64,000 nucleotides of DNA. Source: Octopus bimaculoides. Its lineage: Eukaryota. The notes beneath the pieces are model-generated. The model did no database searches. It was not told where the DNA came from and saw only the letters and a list, made by a program, of their open reading frames with translations. Positions 53,043-64,000 of this stretch are shown in pieces. Position numbers and translations under genes: made by a program. Positions within the stretch are counted from its first letter, which is position 1; each line of letters begins with the position of its first letter. The stretch is from assembly GCF_001194135.2 (NCBI RefSeq), contig NC_068984.1, positions 15,169,425 to 15,233,424 on the forward strand. The letters are read 5' to 3'.

Positions 53043-55009
53043 TCCGTTCTTATAAGTAAAATGCATTAAGATGAAGTTCTAAAAATTTTTTTTTTTCGTT
53101 AGGTCGTATTTTAGAGTGTAATTAAAACTTATTGGTAAATTATCTACTGATAAAGTTAAAATTAAATGGAACCTAGGGTTGTATCATGTAAAGATAATTT
53201 TATATGATGAAGCAACGAGAGAGCCTCAATGTAGTCGTTTGATCTACCAGAAATAGCAGTCGAATTTTTTTCAAATCCCATTCTATCACTTTCTACGATA
53301 GATTCATATCGACCAAAACTTTGAGTGACAGATACAGTGCAGAAGCCTGTCGTTCCTGATGCTAAACAACCTTGTGGGCCATTCCACGAACATTAATAGA
53401 TTTATGCTATATTCATTCATTTTTAAATATTCTACAGTATATAATTTGTCAGTATTGACTTAATATACTGCCGAGGTCGCCTTAGTCTTTCATCCTTTCG
53501 GGGTCGATAAATTAAGTACCAGTTGCATACTGGAGTCGATCTAATCGACTGCCTCCCACAAAATTTTGGACCTTGAGCCTAGAGTAGAAAAAAAAAGTAT
53601 TGACTTAATATAGAGATTGATTGTACCAACTGGCATTTCTTAAATGTTTTCAATTTGTTTTTAAATAACTCCACTTACATCAATAGATTTAAAACACTTT
53701 AAACTTTAGGAGAGTATTGTAGTTCGCTTGAAGCATTGTGTATTGTTTGTAAAGAATAAAAAGTTTTGAATAGTCCGATGATATTTCGGAATACAATTCC
53801 TTCTTCAGATATTCTTAGATGGAGTCGCTGCTATAAGTTTGATTATTGCTCCAGTAGAAATCATTCGTGGCAAACACGTTTTTACAACAGAAGCCACGCA
53901 TCTATCCAAAACGTCAATAATTGACATCCTATCACTGTCATTGGGTAAGGTACTTCACTCTAAACGGATCACTCTGCTTTGTGTTAAAAAAACAAAAAAA
54001 CATGGAGACGGGGTGCAGTACACCACTAAACAGTGGATTATATAACTGAAAGGTGTTTCATAAATTTACACTGCTTGACTCCTTTCTTTTTATGGTCAAA
54101 CAAAAAAGTCTGAGGGACATTATTTAAGACTTGTAAAAAAACTGTCTTTTTAATAAAATCCAAGATTATGGGAAAATATAGAAATGCTTTTTCAAATAAT
54201 CGATTGTTAGGACCTGAAGAGCAGATTCGTCTTCCCAGAGGAAGTAGCAGTAATATCATTCCAACTAGACATGTTCCTTCTCTCCAGGAGTGTAAAAATA
54301 TTCGTTGCAGTTGAAACTTACAGGGCTCTGGAAGGACTGACTTAACAATTCCTACCAGCTAAAAAAAAGCAAATATCAGAACTTGATCAACAAGGCCTTC
54401 GTCTAAAGATGGTACATGGTCTCCAATTTGATTGGTATGCTATTTCCTGCAAAAGATTTGTCTAGAACCCAGACAATTGATGTATTGTATAACTGTGCAA
54501 TAGACTGGCATCCCATTCAGGAGTAATGTGATCTTGGTTGCTTGTATGCCATGGACATTGAGTAACTGTCTTTATGAGTGAAAGCACTTGAGACAGTAAT
54601 ATCCAGGGGACTTACTTTACTGCTATAAAATCATTAGTGTTATATCTGGTCCAGCTGTATTATGGTGTTACTAGCTGGCCCCGTACCGTCAAAAATGATG
54701 GCTAATTGTAGTATTTTATATATATAAATATGGATGGTAAATCAAATTGATACACTTGTCAATGTTATCTAGTGATTGTCCTTTGAGATGAGACATCAAT
54801 CATTATTTGTTACTGAAAGAATGCTGGTTCACACATACAAACATTCACATAACTTCTCTTGTACACGCACACACATATACTCACACAGAGTTGAAACACT
54901 GTTTGATTTTTCTTTTCAGCATTGAATGTTCACCATCCAACTTCCATTGCACATACACACAAACATTCACATACCTTCCTTTTACATACACTCAAAAATA
55001 CCCAGGGTT

Positions 55010-55311
55010 GAAATGTTCCCACTACCAGTTTGCCATCACCCCTTCCTTTCTCATTCATATGTTGTGACAGAGAAAAACTAAAGAGTATTATTATAGTAGA
55101 TGCTTTGTGAAGGCTGGCAGCCAGCCATTCAGAATAAAAATGGGTTTGTTAAGACATGTGCTTCAAACACTGAATGGATGTCTTAGTTGAATAAAATGAT
55201 TTGATGCTTCACAACTATNNNNNNNNNNGGATGTCTTAGTTGAATAAAATGATTTGATGCTTCACAACTATTTCTCATGACAACAATTTTAGGGGCCAAA
55301 ACTCAGAAACA
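55010..55311 (+). repeat. Left arm of a ~249-bp inverted duplication (partner 59418-59666)
   Basis: Near-identical reverse complement with about 3 substitutions. It contains a 10-N gap with duplicated flanks. Confidence 0.9.
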
Positions 55312-56011
55312 ATTGTTTTCACAAGTTCAAAGGACATATCTTTGTGCAGTAAAATACAAGGCTATTCTTTTCTACTCTAGGTACAAGGCCCAACATTTTT
55401 GGGGAGGGGGGGCGATTAGATTGACCTCAGTATGCAACTGGTACTTAATTTATCGACCCGGAAAGGATGAAAGGCAAAGTCAACCTCAGCGGAATTTGAA
55501 CTGAGAACATAAAGACAGACGAAATGCCACTAAGCATTTCGCCCGGCATGCTAATGTGTCTGCTAGCTTGCCGCCTTAAAATACAAGAATATTAAAGGGA
55601 AAATTTCTTCAGCCACATCCTTTTGACAGAATTTTATCAAATATAAGCTTAGAGTCGATAAACTGGAAAACCACATTCCTAAATTTCCTTTCTGAATTTC
55701 CAGACTCACAATAAAAACTCCTCCCTCAGCTTGCTTGGTTCATAAAACGATTTGATGCTTCACAACTGTTTCTCATGACAACAATTTTAGGGGCCAAAAC
55801 TCAGAAACAATTGTTTTTACATGTTCAAAGGACATGTCTATCTTTGTGCAGTGAAATACAAGAATATTTAAAAATTTCTTCAGTCACGCCCTTTTGACAG
55901 CATTTTATCAGATATAAGCTTAGAGTCTCTAAGCTGGAAAACTACATTCCTAAATTTTCTTTCTGAATTTCTAGACTCACAATAGAAATTTCTTCAGTTT
56001 GCTAGATTCAT
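55245..56011 (+). repeat. Tandem duplication of a ~270-bp unit; the first copy carries a SINE insertion
   Basis: gatttgatgcttcacaact...gactcacaata occurs at 55245-55743 and 55744-56011. Confidence 0.85.
55361..55576 (-). mobile_element. Family B SINE with 11-bp TSD
   Basis: TAAAATACAAG at 55350-55360 and 55577-55587. The matching empty site is present in the adjacent tandem duplicate at ~55850-55865. Confidence 0.88.
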
Positions 56012-56772
56012 CTCACCTTCAATCTTCATCATCATTTTAATGTCTAAATTTGCCATGCTTGCATGTGTTAGGCATAAATTGTTGAGGTAGATTTTATATA
56101 GCTGTATGTCCTTCCTATTGCTAATCGTCACTTATTTCCAAGTAAGGTAATATTTCCCCATGGTCAGACATGTTTTCTTGGCAGACTGGAAAGCCATGAC
56201 ACTACTTGTTTACAATTATTACATAATGTCAAGAAAATGAAGCACACACACACAAGAAGAACAGGGTGAAAAAGGAGAAGAAGATAAAGAGGGGAAAGAG
56301 AAGGAAGGACTATGTGAACATTGTTCAAAAATAATTGTTCGTAAAACGTTTATTCAAATGGAAAATTGTAAGAATGAAAATTATTCAAAAGGACAATTAT
56401 ACGAAATGTTAATTCTTCTAAATTTTTAAAAATTTTATTAAAACAAAAATGATAAAATTAAAAATCAGGTACACAAATGATATTTATTTCGAATAACTGT
56501 TTTTTGAATAATGAGGGAGTGGAAGAGGGTGAAGAAAACAAAAAAAGGGAAGAAAAGGAGAGGAAGAAGAGGGAAAAAGCAGAAAGTGACAAAAAGGGAG
56601 AAGAGGAGGAAAAGAAAATATAACTAACTTATTGTATACTGTACTCAGGTGCACAATAACTAATCAGAAAAATTAGCCAAAAGTGCATAAGCTGTACATG
56701 CAATAATGCACGGGAAGTAAACAGTGATTGAGTCATTAAAAAAAATAAATGGTGGAGAAACATCAGATTTAC

Positions 56773-56936
56773 TGAAGTAGTTGTATGCTGTCAACTTAAT
56801 GTGGCAGTCCCCTGAAGGGAATAATACTACTGTTGGTTAGACCTAGGAAACTACACTGCTTCCTAGGTCTAAACAACAGTAGTATTATTCCCTTCAGGGG
56901 ACTGTCACCTTAAGTTGACAGCATACAACTACTTCA
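56773..56936. repeat. Near-perfect palindrome: 77-bp arms, 10-nt loop
   Basis: Arms 56773-56849 and 56860-56936 differ at 3 positions by eye. Confidence 0.95.
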
Positions 56937-56999
56937 TCGTATCACTACTGCATAAATCTCTCTGAGATTTAGAAATGTATTATTTCTAAATCAGGTGTA

Positions 57000-57400
57000 C
57001 TATTGGAAAATTTCAGGAAGCATGGAAGTTTTGAAAGATGTAATGTCCCAGCAGCTGACAACTGATGGGGATAAGTTTCTTCCATGCTTCAATAATTCTG
57101 AGCATGAAAACCTGTTTCTGAAAGTCATGTGTTGATTTTTGATTTTGTGAGCATGTCCACAAGTGCTAGTCATATGGAATTCAAAAAGGTGCCCAAGGTT
57201 GTGTTGGAAAGATGGTGGATAATCTTGTGCTCTAAAAACTTTATTCTGAATATGCGCTGCATCTAATGCCATCGAATGCAGTAACTAATTTCTTCAAAGT
57301 TCTTTTTGTTTCAAGCATCACTGTTCCCCCTTCTCAAGACACATCAGTTCAAATACATTTTACCACTTGGAGCTTGATCAATTAACTGCATGAGTTAAGA
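57000..57400 (-). mobile_element. CR1/L2-type LINE 3' end fragment
   Basis: GHAHKIK...F..RIIEAW.KL...VVSC....SFK pattern typical of the CR1/L2 ORF2 C-terminus; frameshifted. Confidence 0.55.
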
Positions 57401-59417
57401 CAGCCATCTCCTCTTTAAAATGATCTTAACTTCAAAACAAATGTGCTGTGAAATATACCGTTTCGTTTTGATAAGTAACTGTAAAGGGAAGTAACTTTAA
57501 GATTGTATTATTTTCTTTATATAAAAGCATTTATTGACATAAAAATAACGAGTTTATTGTATACGGTGCTCAGAGCAATGCAACATATCAGAAAAGGGTA
57601 AAAGAGGGTACAGAAACCAGCAATGATAGCTGTAAAGGAGATGACAAAGAATCAAGATATTTGGTGCCTTGCCCTACTCAATAAGACCCATCTGCCACAG
57701 CAGAATTTGTACTGGTGCTTCATCATCATCATCATCATCATCGTTTAACGTCCGCCTTCCATGCTAGCATGGGTTGGACGATTTGACTGAGGACTGGTGC
57801 AACCGGATGGCTACACCAGGCTCCAATCTAATTTGGCAGAGTTTCTACAGCTGGATGCCCTTCCTAACGCCGTGCCACATTAAAAACACCGAGTACACTC
57901 TGTGGAATGGTTGGTGTTAGGAAGGACATCCAGCCATAGAAACCATATCAGAATAGACAATGAAGCTTGGTGCGGTCCCTTGGCCTTACCGGTTCTGGTT
58001 AGACCATCCAACCCATACTGGCATGGAAAGCAGATGTTAAATGATAATGATGGTGATAGTATACTGAATAAAACACAAAAATAAAAATGCACAGTAAAAG
58101 AGCTATAAAGAGAAAAAGGTGCACAGGTATATCAGTAGTGTTGGCAAATTTCATGAAGCATGTATTTTTTGAAGGATGCAGTAACCNNNNNNNNNNNNNN
58201 NNNNNNNNNNNNNNNNNNNNNNNNNNNNNNNNNNNNNNNNNNNNNNNNNNNNNNNNNNNNNNNNNNNNNNNNNNNNNNNNNNNNNNNNNNNNNNNNNNNN
58301 NNNNNNNNNNNNNNNNNNNNNNNNNNNNNNNNNNNNNNNNNNNNNNNNNNNNNNNNNNNNNNNNNNNNNNNNNNNNNNNNNNNNNNNNNNNNNNNNNNNN
58401 NNNNNNNNNNNNNNNNNNNNNNNNNNNNNNNNNNNNNNNNNNNNNNNNNNNNNNNNNNNNNNNNNNNNNNNNNNNNNNNNNNNNNNNNNNNNNNNNNNNN
58501 NNNNNNNNNNNNNNNNNNNNNNNNNNNNNNNNNNNNNNNNNNNNNNNNNNNNNACTGCGTGGCACCTTGGGCAAGTGTCTTCTACTATAGCCTCGGACCG
58601 ACCAAAAAGCCTGGTGTGTTTACGTCCCTGTAACTTAGCAGTTCGGCAAAAGAGATCGATAGAATAAGTCTTAAAAAGAATAAGTCCTGGGGTCAATTTC
58701 TTCAACTAAAGGCGGTGCTCCAGCATGACCAGTCAAATGACTGAAACAAGAGTATATATATATATATGAGTGTGTGTATTGGATGTAGTCCAAAGATTTA
58801 GAAAGAGGTAGCTACAACAGTTCTGAAGATGCTGAGTCTCAAAAGAAACAGAAATGGTTGACCTCATTTTTGATCAACAACTCCAGCTATGATACCTCCC
58901 AGCACAGAGCACAAAACAAATAGTAGGCTGCTATTTCTAGCAGATTGAACAACCACAAAGCAGTTCCCTTTTTACAAAATATAGTAGTAGGTATCCATCA
59001 TTCTTGAGAGGCCATGGATCTGTACCCGAAGAAATCATGTCAGCTGCTGCTGGTGGTGGTGCAGCATCTTCTGTGGCAGAAGAGGCCCACATGGGAGTGG
59101 TAATCACGCATACAGTGACTGCATTTTCAGGAACTCTCTACCAGCACTTCTGGCTTTTCCTTCCTCAAGTGCACTTTTCTTTGATGGTGAGTTCCTATTT
59201 TTCTTCCCCTTTCACAGTATTTGTCTCCGGCATGGGTGATCTTTGGTAACCTCCTCCTATCTCAGGATGTCCAGATCAAGTAAAATATATAAAGAATGTG
59301 TAACAAAGTTACCCTTTAAGCACATACAAAAATAAGTCTTAAAATGATAATGAATTTGAAATGCATTCATATACAGTCTTTGAAACAACACAGTCAAACT
59401 TTCCATTTTTTCACTGG

Positions 59418-59666
59418 TGTTTCTGAGTTTTGGCCCCTAAAATTGTTGTCATGAGAAATAGTTGTGAAGCATCAAATCATTTTATTCAACTAAGACATCC
59501 ATTCAGTGTTTGAAGCACATGTCTTAACAAACCCATTTTTACTCTGAATGGCTGGCTGCCAGCCTTCACACAGCACCTACTATAATAATACTCTTTAGTT
59601 TTTCTCTGTCACAACATATGAATGAGAAAGGAAGGGGTGATGGCAAACTGGTAGTGGGAACATTTC
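59418..59666 (-). repeat. Right arm of the inverted duplication
   Basis: Both arms encode the shared translation KCSHYQFAITPSFLIHML seen in the ORF track. Confidence 0.9.
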
Positions 59667-61173
59667 CGCTCAGAGTATTTTTTCTCATGCCAGCACCACG
59701 TAAAAGGCACCTGTGCCAGGCTGCTTACAAAACACCCATGCTGGTACCACATAAAAAGCACCCAGTACACTCTGTAAAGTGGTTGGCTTCTAACTATAGA
59801 CACCAAGCCAAATCAGACAGGAACCTGATGTAGCTCTCTAGTTTGCCAGCATGGAAAATGGAAGTCTAATGATGAAGATGCAATTAATTTATTCTTCATT
59901 AAAAGGTATCCATCATCAGGAGAACTGCATATTGACTTAAATAAAACCAATTAAACCAACAAGAGAAACTGTACTCAACCCTGCAAATGGCAAAATATTA
60001 AATTTTATTAAAATTTCAGGTATAGTAGTATGGTTAAGATGTTTGCTGTCCAGTCACCTGGTCTCAGGTTGAATCTCACCTTGAGCTTTTATTATGGCCC
60101 CAAGCTGGTCAAAGCCTTCAGATTTCATCAGCAGAAACTGAAAGAAGCTTGTCATGTATGTATTCATCTGTGCCCTCTTGTACTGACATCAATAGTTGCA
60201 AACAAGCAGTGCTCTTTGTTTACTTGGAAACAGGTGATTGTTGATGACAGGAAGGGCATCTGGCTATAAAAAAATCTGCCCTAACAAATTCCATCTAATC
60301 TATGCAAACATGGAAAAGTGGGCATCATGATGATGATGTCACTGCTCACAGCTGTGAACCCTTACACTATAATGTGGTACACTTTTATTAGCTAGGTGCA
60401 CTTTGTTTTCAGTTAAGCACAATAAAAGAATTGATTGTTCAATAACCTACTGATCTGGTTATCTGCTGTTGCATGGTTGTGAGGTAGTTTAGGAGCTTGC
60501 TCCATAACCATGTGGCTTTGGGTTTAGTCACATTGCACAGTATCTAGGACAAATGTCTAGACGAAAATTGTATGGTAGACCATTATATATATATATCATC
60601 ATCATCATCATTTAACGTCCATTTTCCATACTAGCATAGGTTGGACGATTTGACTGGGGACTGGTGAAGCGGATGGCTACACCAGACTCCAATCTGATCT
60701 GGCAGAGTTTCTATAGCTGGATGCCCTTCCTAATGCCAACCACTCCGAGAGTGTAGTGGGTGCTTTTTACGTGCCACCGGCATGAGGGCCAGTCNNNNNN
60801 NNNNACCACTCCGAGAGTGTAGTGGGTGCTTTTTACGTGCCACCGGCATGAGGGCCAGTCTGGCAGTACTGGCAACAACCATGCTCAAATGATGTTTTTT
60901 ACGTGCCACCTGCACAGGAATCAGTCCAATGTTTTGTTCACATGCCTCCAGCACAAGTACCAGTAAGGCGATATATATATATATATAAGCAAATTAGATA
61001 GATCAATATATATAAAGTATATTAAATACATGAAATATCAAGTATGTATATATGTATACATATAAAAAAGGTCCAACTTACACATAGTATAAATGATATA
61101 GAAGTGTATTCTATATGAAGTATCTATCTTATCTATGAACTATAAATAGATAGATAGATAGATATATGCCTAC

Positions 61174-61405
61174 GGGCATATAGCTTAGTGGTTAAGAGCG
61201 TGGGCTACTAACCCCAAGATTCCGAGTTCGATTCCAAGCAGTGACCTGAACACTAATTATAATAACATCGAAAAATACCTTAGGAATGAGAACCCAGGTT
61301 CGAAATTTCCCCAAGACACCTGAAGAAGGCTGGAGGGCATATCAGCCGAAAGGATGTGTTAATAACAAACAAGATGAAGACAAATATCTGTCAAATGTAA
61401 ATAAT
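61174..61405 (+). mobile_element. tRNA-headed SINE-like element (family E) with a Penelope-type tail containing a hammerhead-like motif
   Basis: A box TAGCTTAGTGG (61181-61191), anticodon-like arm GGG-CTACTAA-CCC, B box GAGTTCGATTCC (61224-61235), AT-rich linker, then GACAC-CTGAAGA-A-GGCTG-loop-CAGCC-GAAA-GGAT-GTGTT (61315-61360). Confidence 0.75.
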
Positions 61406-61654
61406 AGATAGATGTAATTGTTTGTTCTTAATCACCACTTGACAAGTGGTGTTGGTTTGTTTACATGCCTGTAATTTAACAGTCCAGAAGAGACTGACAA
61501 AATAAAAAAAGAAATAAAATACTGGGGTCAACTTGTTTAACTAAGTTCTTCAAGTCAGTACCTCAGGCATGGCAGCAGTCCCACGGCGGAAACTAGTAAA
61601 AGAACATAAACTAATAGAGATTCCAATTGTAATATTCTAGTTGCACCTGTTCTT

Positions 61655-62053
61655 TTTTCCTTTTCCATGTTTCAGTCATTTGACTGCGGCCATGCTGGAG
61701 TACAGTCTTGAAGGGTTTTAGTTGAAGAACTCAACCCCTGGACTTATTCTTTGTAAGCCTAGTACTTGTTCTATCGGTCTCTTTTGCTGAACTGCTAAGT
61801 TACAGGGACATAAACACACCAACATTGGTTGTCAAGTGATGGTGGGGGGCAAACATAGACATACATACATACATAAATAAATATATACATATATACGACA
61901 GGCTTCTTTCAGTTTCCATCTACCAAATCCACTCCAGGCTTTGGTCAGCCTGAGGTTGTAGTAGAAGACACTTGCCTACAGGGCCATGCAGTGGAACTGA
62001 ACCCAGAACCATGTAGTTGGGAAGCTTCTAACCACAGAGCCATGCCCGCACCT
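61655..62053 (-). mobile_element. Full-length family A SINE
   Basis: Reverse complement of the 37294 element. Partial copies lie at about 490-640, 7131-7410, 8905-9065, 17377-17522, 18733-18900, 22800-23200, 23325-23480, 35965-36690, 45335-45550, 47835-48140 and 58555-58750. Confidence 0.85.
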
Positions 62054-64000
62054 ATGAACATATAAAATATATTTCAATTTCTTGGAGAAAAGGGAAGAGA
62101 TAAATATATTGAAAGATGTGAAAAATAAAAACAAAAAGTAAACAAGATATATTTTCTTTAATTTCTTTGAAGTGTCTGGCTTTTTTTTTTTTTATTTATC
62201 ATTTTTTTTTTTAAGAATTGGTTCATAGACATATTTATAAGCATCTTTTCCCTTTCCACTACTGATGAGTAGAAAAAAAAATACCATCAACCCTTTTTTT
62301 GATGGTCCTTTCATTTCACAGAAAAGATAAGAAAACAGTTGTAACCAAAAGCAATTTATTTAGTGTGGAATCCTGCCACATTAAACATGTTGCAAAAATA
62401 AAAGAAAAGAGCTGATTTTTAAAAATTATATATATACATATATATAATTATTCCCAACAACATTATTACTATGTAAGTGATAATTTCAAATCAAAACTCT
62501 TCTGACAAGTTTAGCACAAAATAAGGAAAATGGTTTTTTCATTAAATCAGCCTTCTATAGAAAGGTGATTTATGTCTTCAGGACTCTGTGAAATAATGGC
62601 ATCAGAAGCAAAATATTAGCTTATATTAAAATAGTTTTTAAATGGTTACTTAAAAAATTGCAACCATAATTTGAAATATTTTTCAACATTTTTTTTCTTT
62701 TTTGTTGTGGAAGGTAAATAACTACATCGTAGTTCAAATATTTAATAACATAAAGAGTACCTACATATTGAAATATCTAGGAACATGCTGCCTTACACAT
62801 GAAAGTTTTACAGTACAAAATTATCTCCTTTCATCATTCATTCCATCATTATTTTTATGTCAGTTGTAGAAACTAATCAACATTATCAATATCTAAACTA
62901 TGTTTGCATTCATTTATAAACGTTTTACTAAGGTGTTATTATTCTAAATGATGTTTAAAAATACTGAACCAAGAGTAAGTTCAATGGGGTTTATTTTTTA
63001 TCTCTACATCTATTGAGGTACAATGACTGCACAGTTAACTTATGGTTCTGTGGTTAGAAGTGATTGAGCTCTTAGATTTACAATCATTGTGTTGTGCTCT
63101 TGAGTAGAGCTCTGTTTTTACTTCACAGTTGAAAGCTATAGGAAGAGTAACACTGAAGAAAAAAAAACAAAAAAACATGCCACCAATGCAAGCATGGATG
63201 GCAGAATGGATGTAAAAAGCATAAAAACAAAATGTCATCCAATTACTTATATAAGAACAACTTTAATATTTACTAAACTAAAACGTATTGTTCCATTTGG
63301 GGTTCATGTCATATCTGTCAAAGAGAATACATTTGCATCTGTTGTTTTCTCATATTTGTATGATTTGGCAGTGAGAGAACACAGAAAGGAAAGAAAAGAA
63401 GAAATATTACAGAGGAAGATTCAAAGCTTATGCCTAGGATCAGTTTAAAGTCTTAAAAAACTGTTTCATCACTGACATGAAACCTGATTCACCTGAGATT
63501 TTACAGAAGTTNNNNNNNNNNAAAAAAAAAAAAAAAAAAAAAACATATAAAAAGAACAAACAAAAATAGTTATACAAAAGAAGGCTTAGAAACTAAAATA
63601 CAATAGGATCACCTTCTGCATAAATTTACTGATATGGAATCTTAATTTGGAATTTGTCTGTCTAAATCACAAGGACAGTTCACAACAGCTGTACACGAAA
63701 CCAGGTTTAAAGAATGAAGTAACAAGAATTTTCAACATTGAATAAAAACAATTAGGATTAAGGCAAATAATAAAAATATTGATAATAATCATTATCATTA
63801 TTATTATTATGGACTATTCTAAAAATCACCTGATGGAAATAAATAATTTCGTTGTAAGTACCAGATACGACGCTTTGTAAGAACCAATATAATTTTTCAG
63901 ATCAGGTGGGAAAATATTCATTTAGGAGTTAAGTATTAACAACATCTAATTAAGTACTTGTAGAATTACAGAATATTTTCTAAAAGTTTTTATTTAAAAA

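Noticed and set aside
53839-54300. Short ORFs downstream of NDUFA2
   Set aside because: No homology recognised and frames close quickly; they cannot be supported as coding.
55176-55271. 43-bp direct repeat around a 10-N gap (likewise ~60740-60860)
   Set aside because: Identical flanks across a fixed 10-N gap indicate unmerged contig overlaps, not biology.
59131-59186. Plus-strand exon candidate (ttttcag ... ATG|GTGAGT)
   Set aside because: No recognisable peptide and no linkage to other exons; the surroundings look like an old retroelement.

Overview
AT-rich eukaryotic scaffold window with many N gaps, most of them bordered by (TA)n or (CA)n tracts. The SINE families, RTE LINE tails and microsatellite density point to an octopod genome (inference, not database-checked). 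The only confidently recognisable host coding sequence is an intact, intronless NDUFA2 (complex I B8 subunit) ORF at 52362-52646, which carries an unusual CxxC motif. The rest is mostly intron-like or intergenic DNA filled with mobile elements: at least four tRNA-headed SINE families, many RTE LINE 3' ends, degraded RTE/CR1/L2-type coding fragments, two mariner transposase relics, and TA-, 8-bp- and TTAA-TSD MITEs. There are also several long near-perfect hairpins. The most unusual observation is a ~230-bp tRNA-headed SINE-like element whose tail folds as a Penelope-type minimal hammerhead ribozyme (two copies), plus other hammerhead-like Penelope remnants. Weaker signals are a CpG-retaining divergent promoter-like region (~33.6-34.9 kb), a signal-peptide-like exon, and two in-phase candidate microexons on the minus strand. 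Most ORFs in the supplied track are artefacts of N gaps, microsatellites or repeats. Repeat boundaries are approximate unless TSDs or TIRs are quoted.
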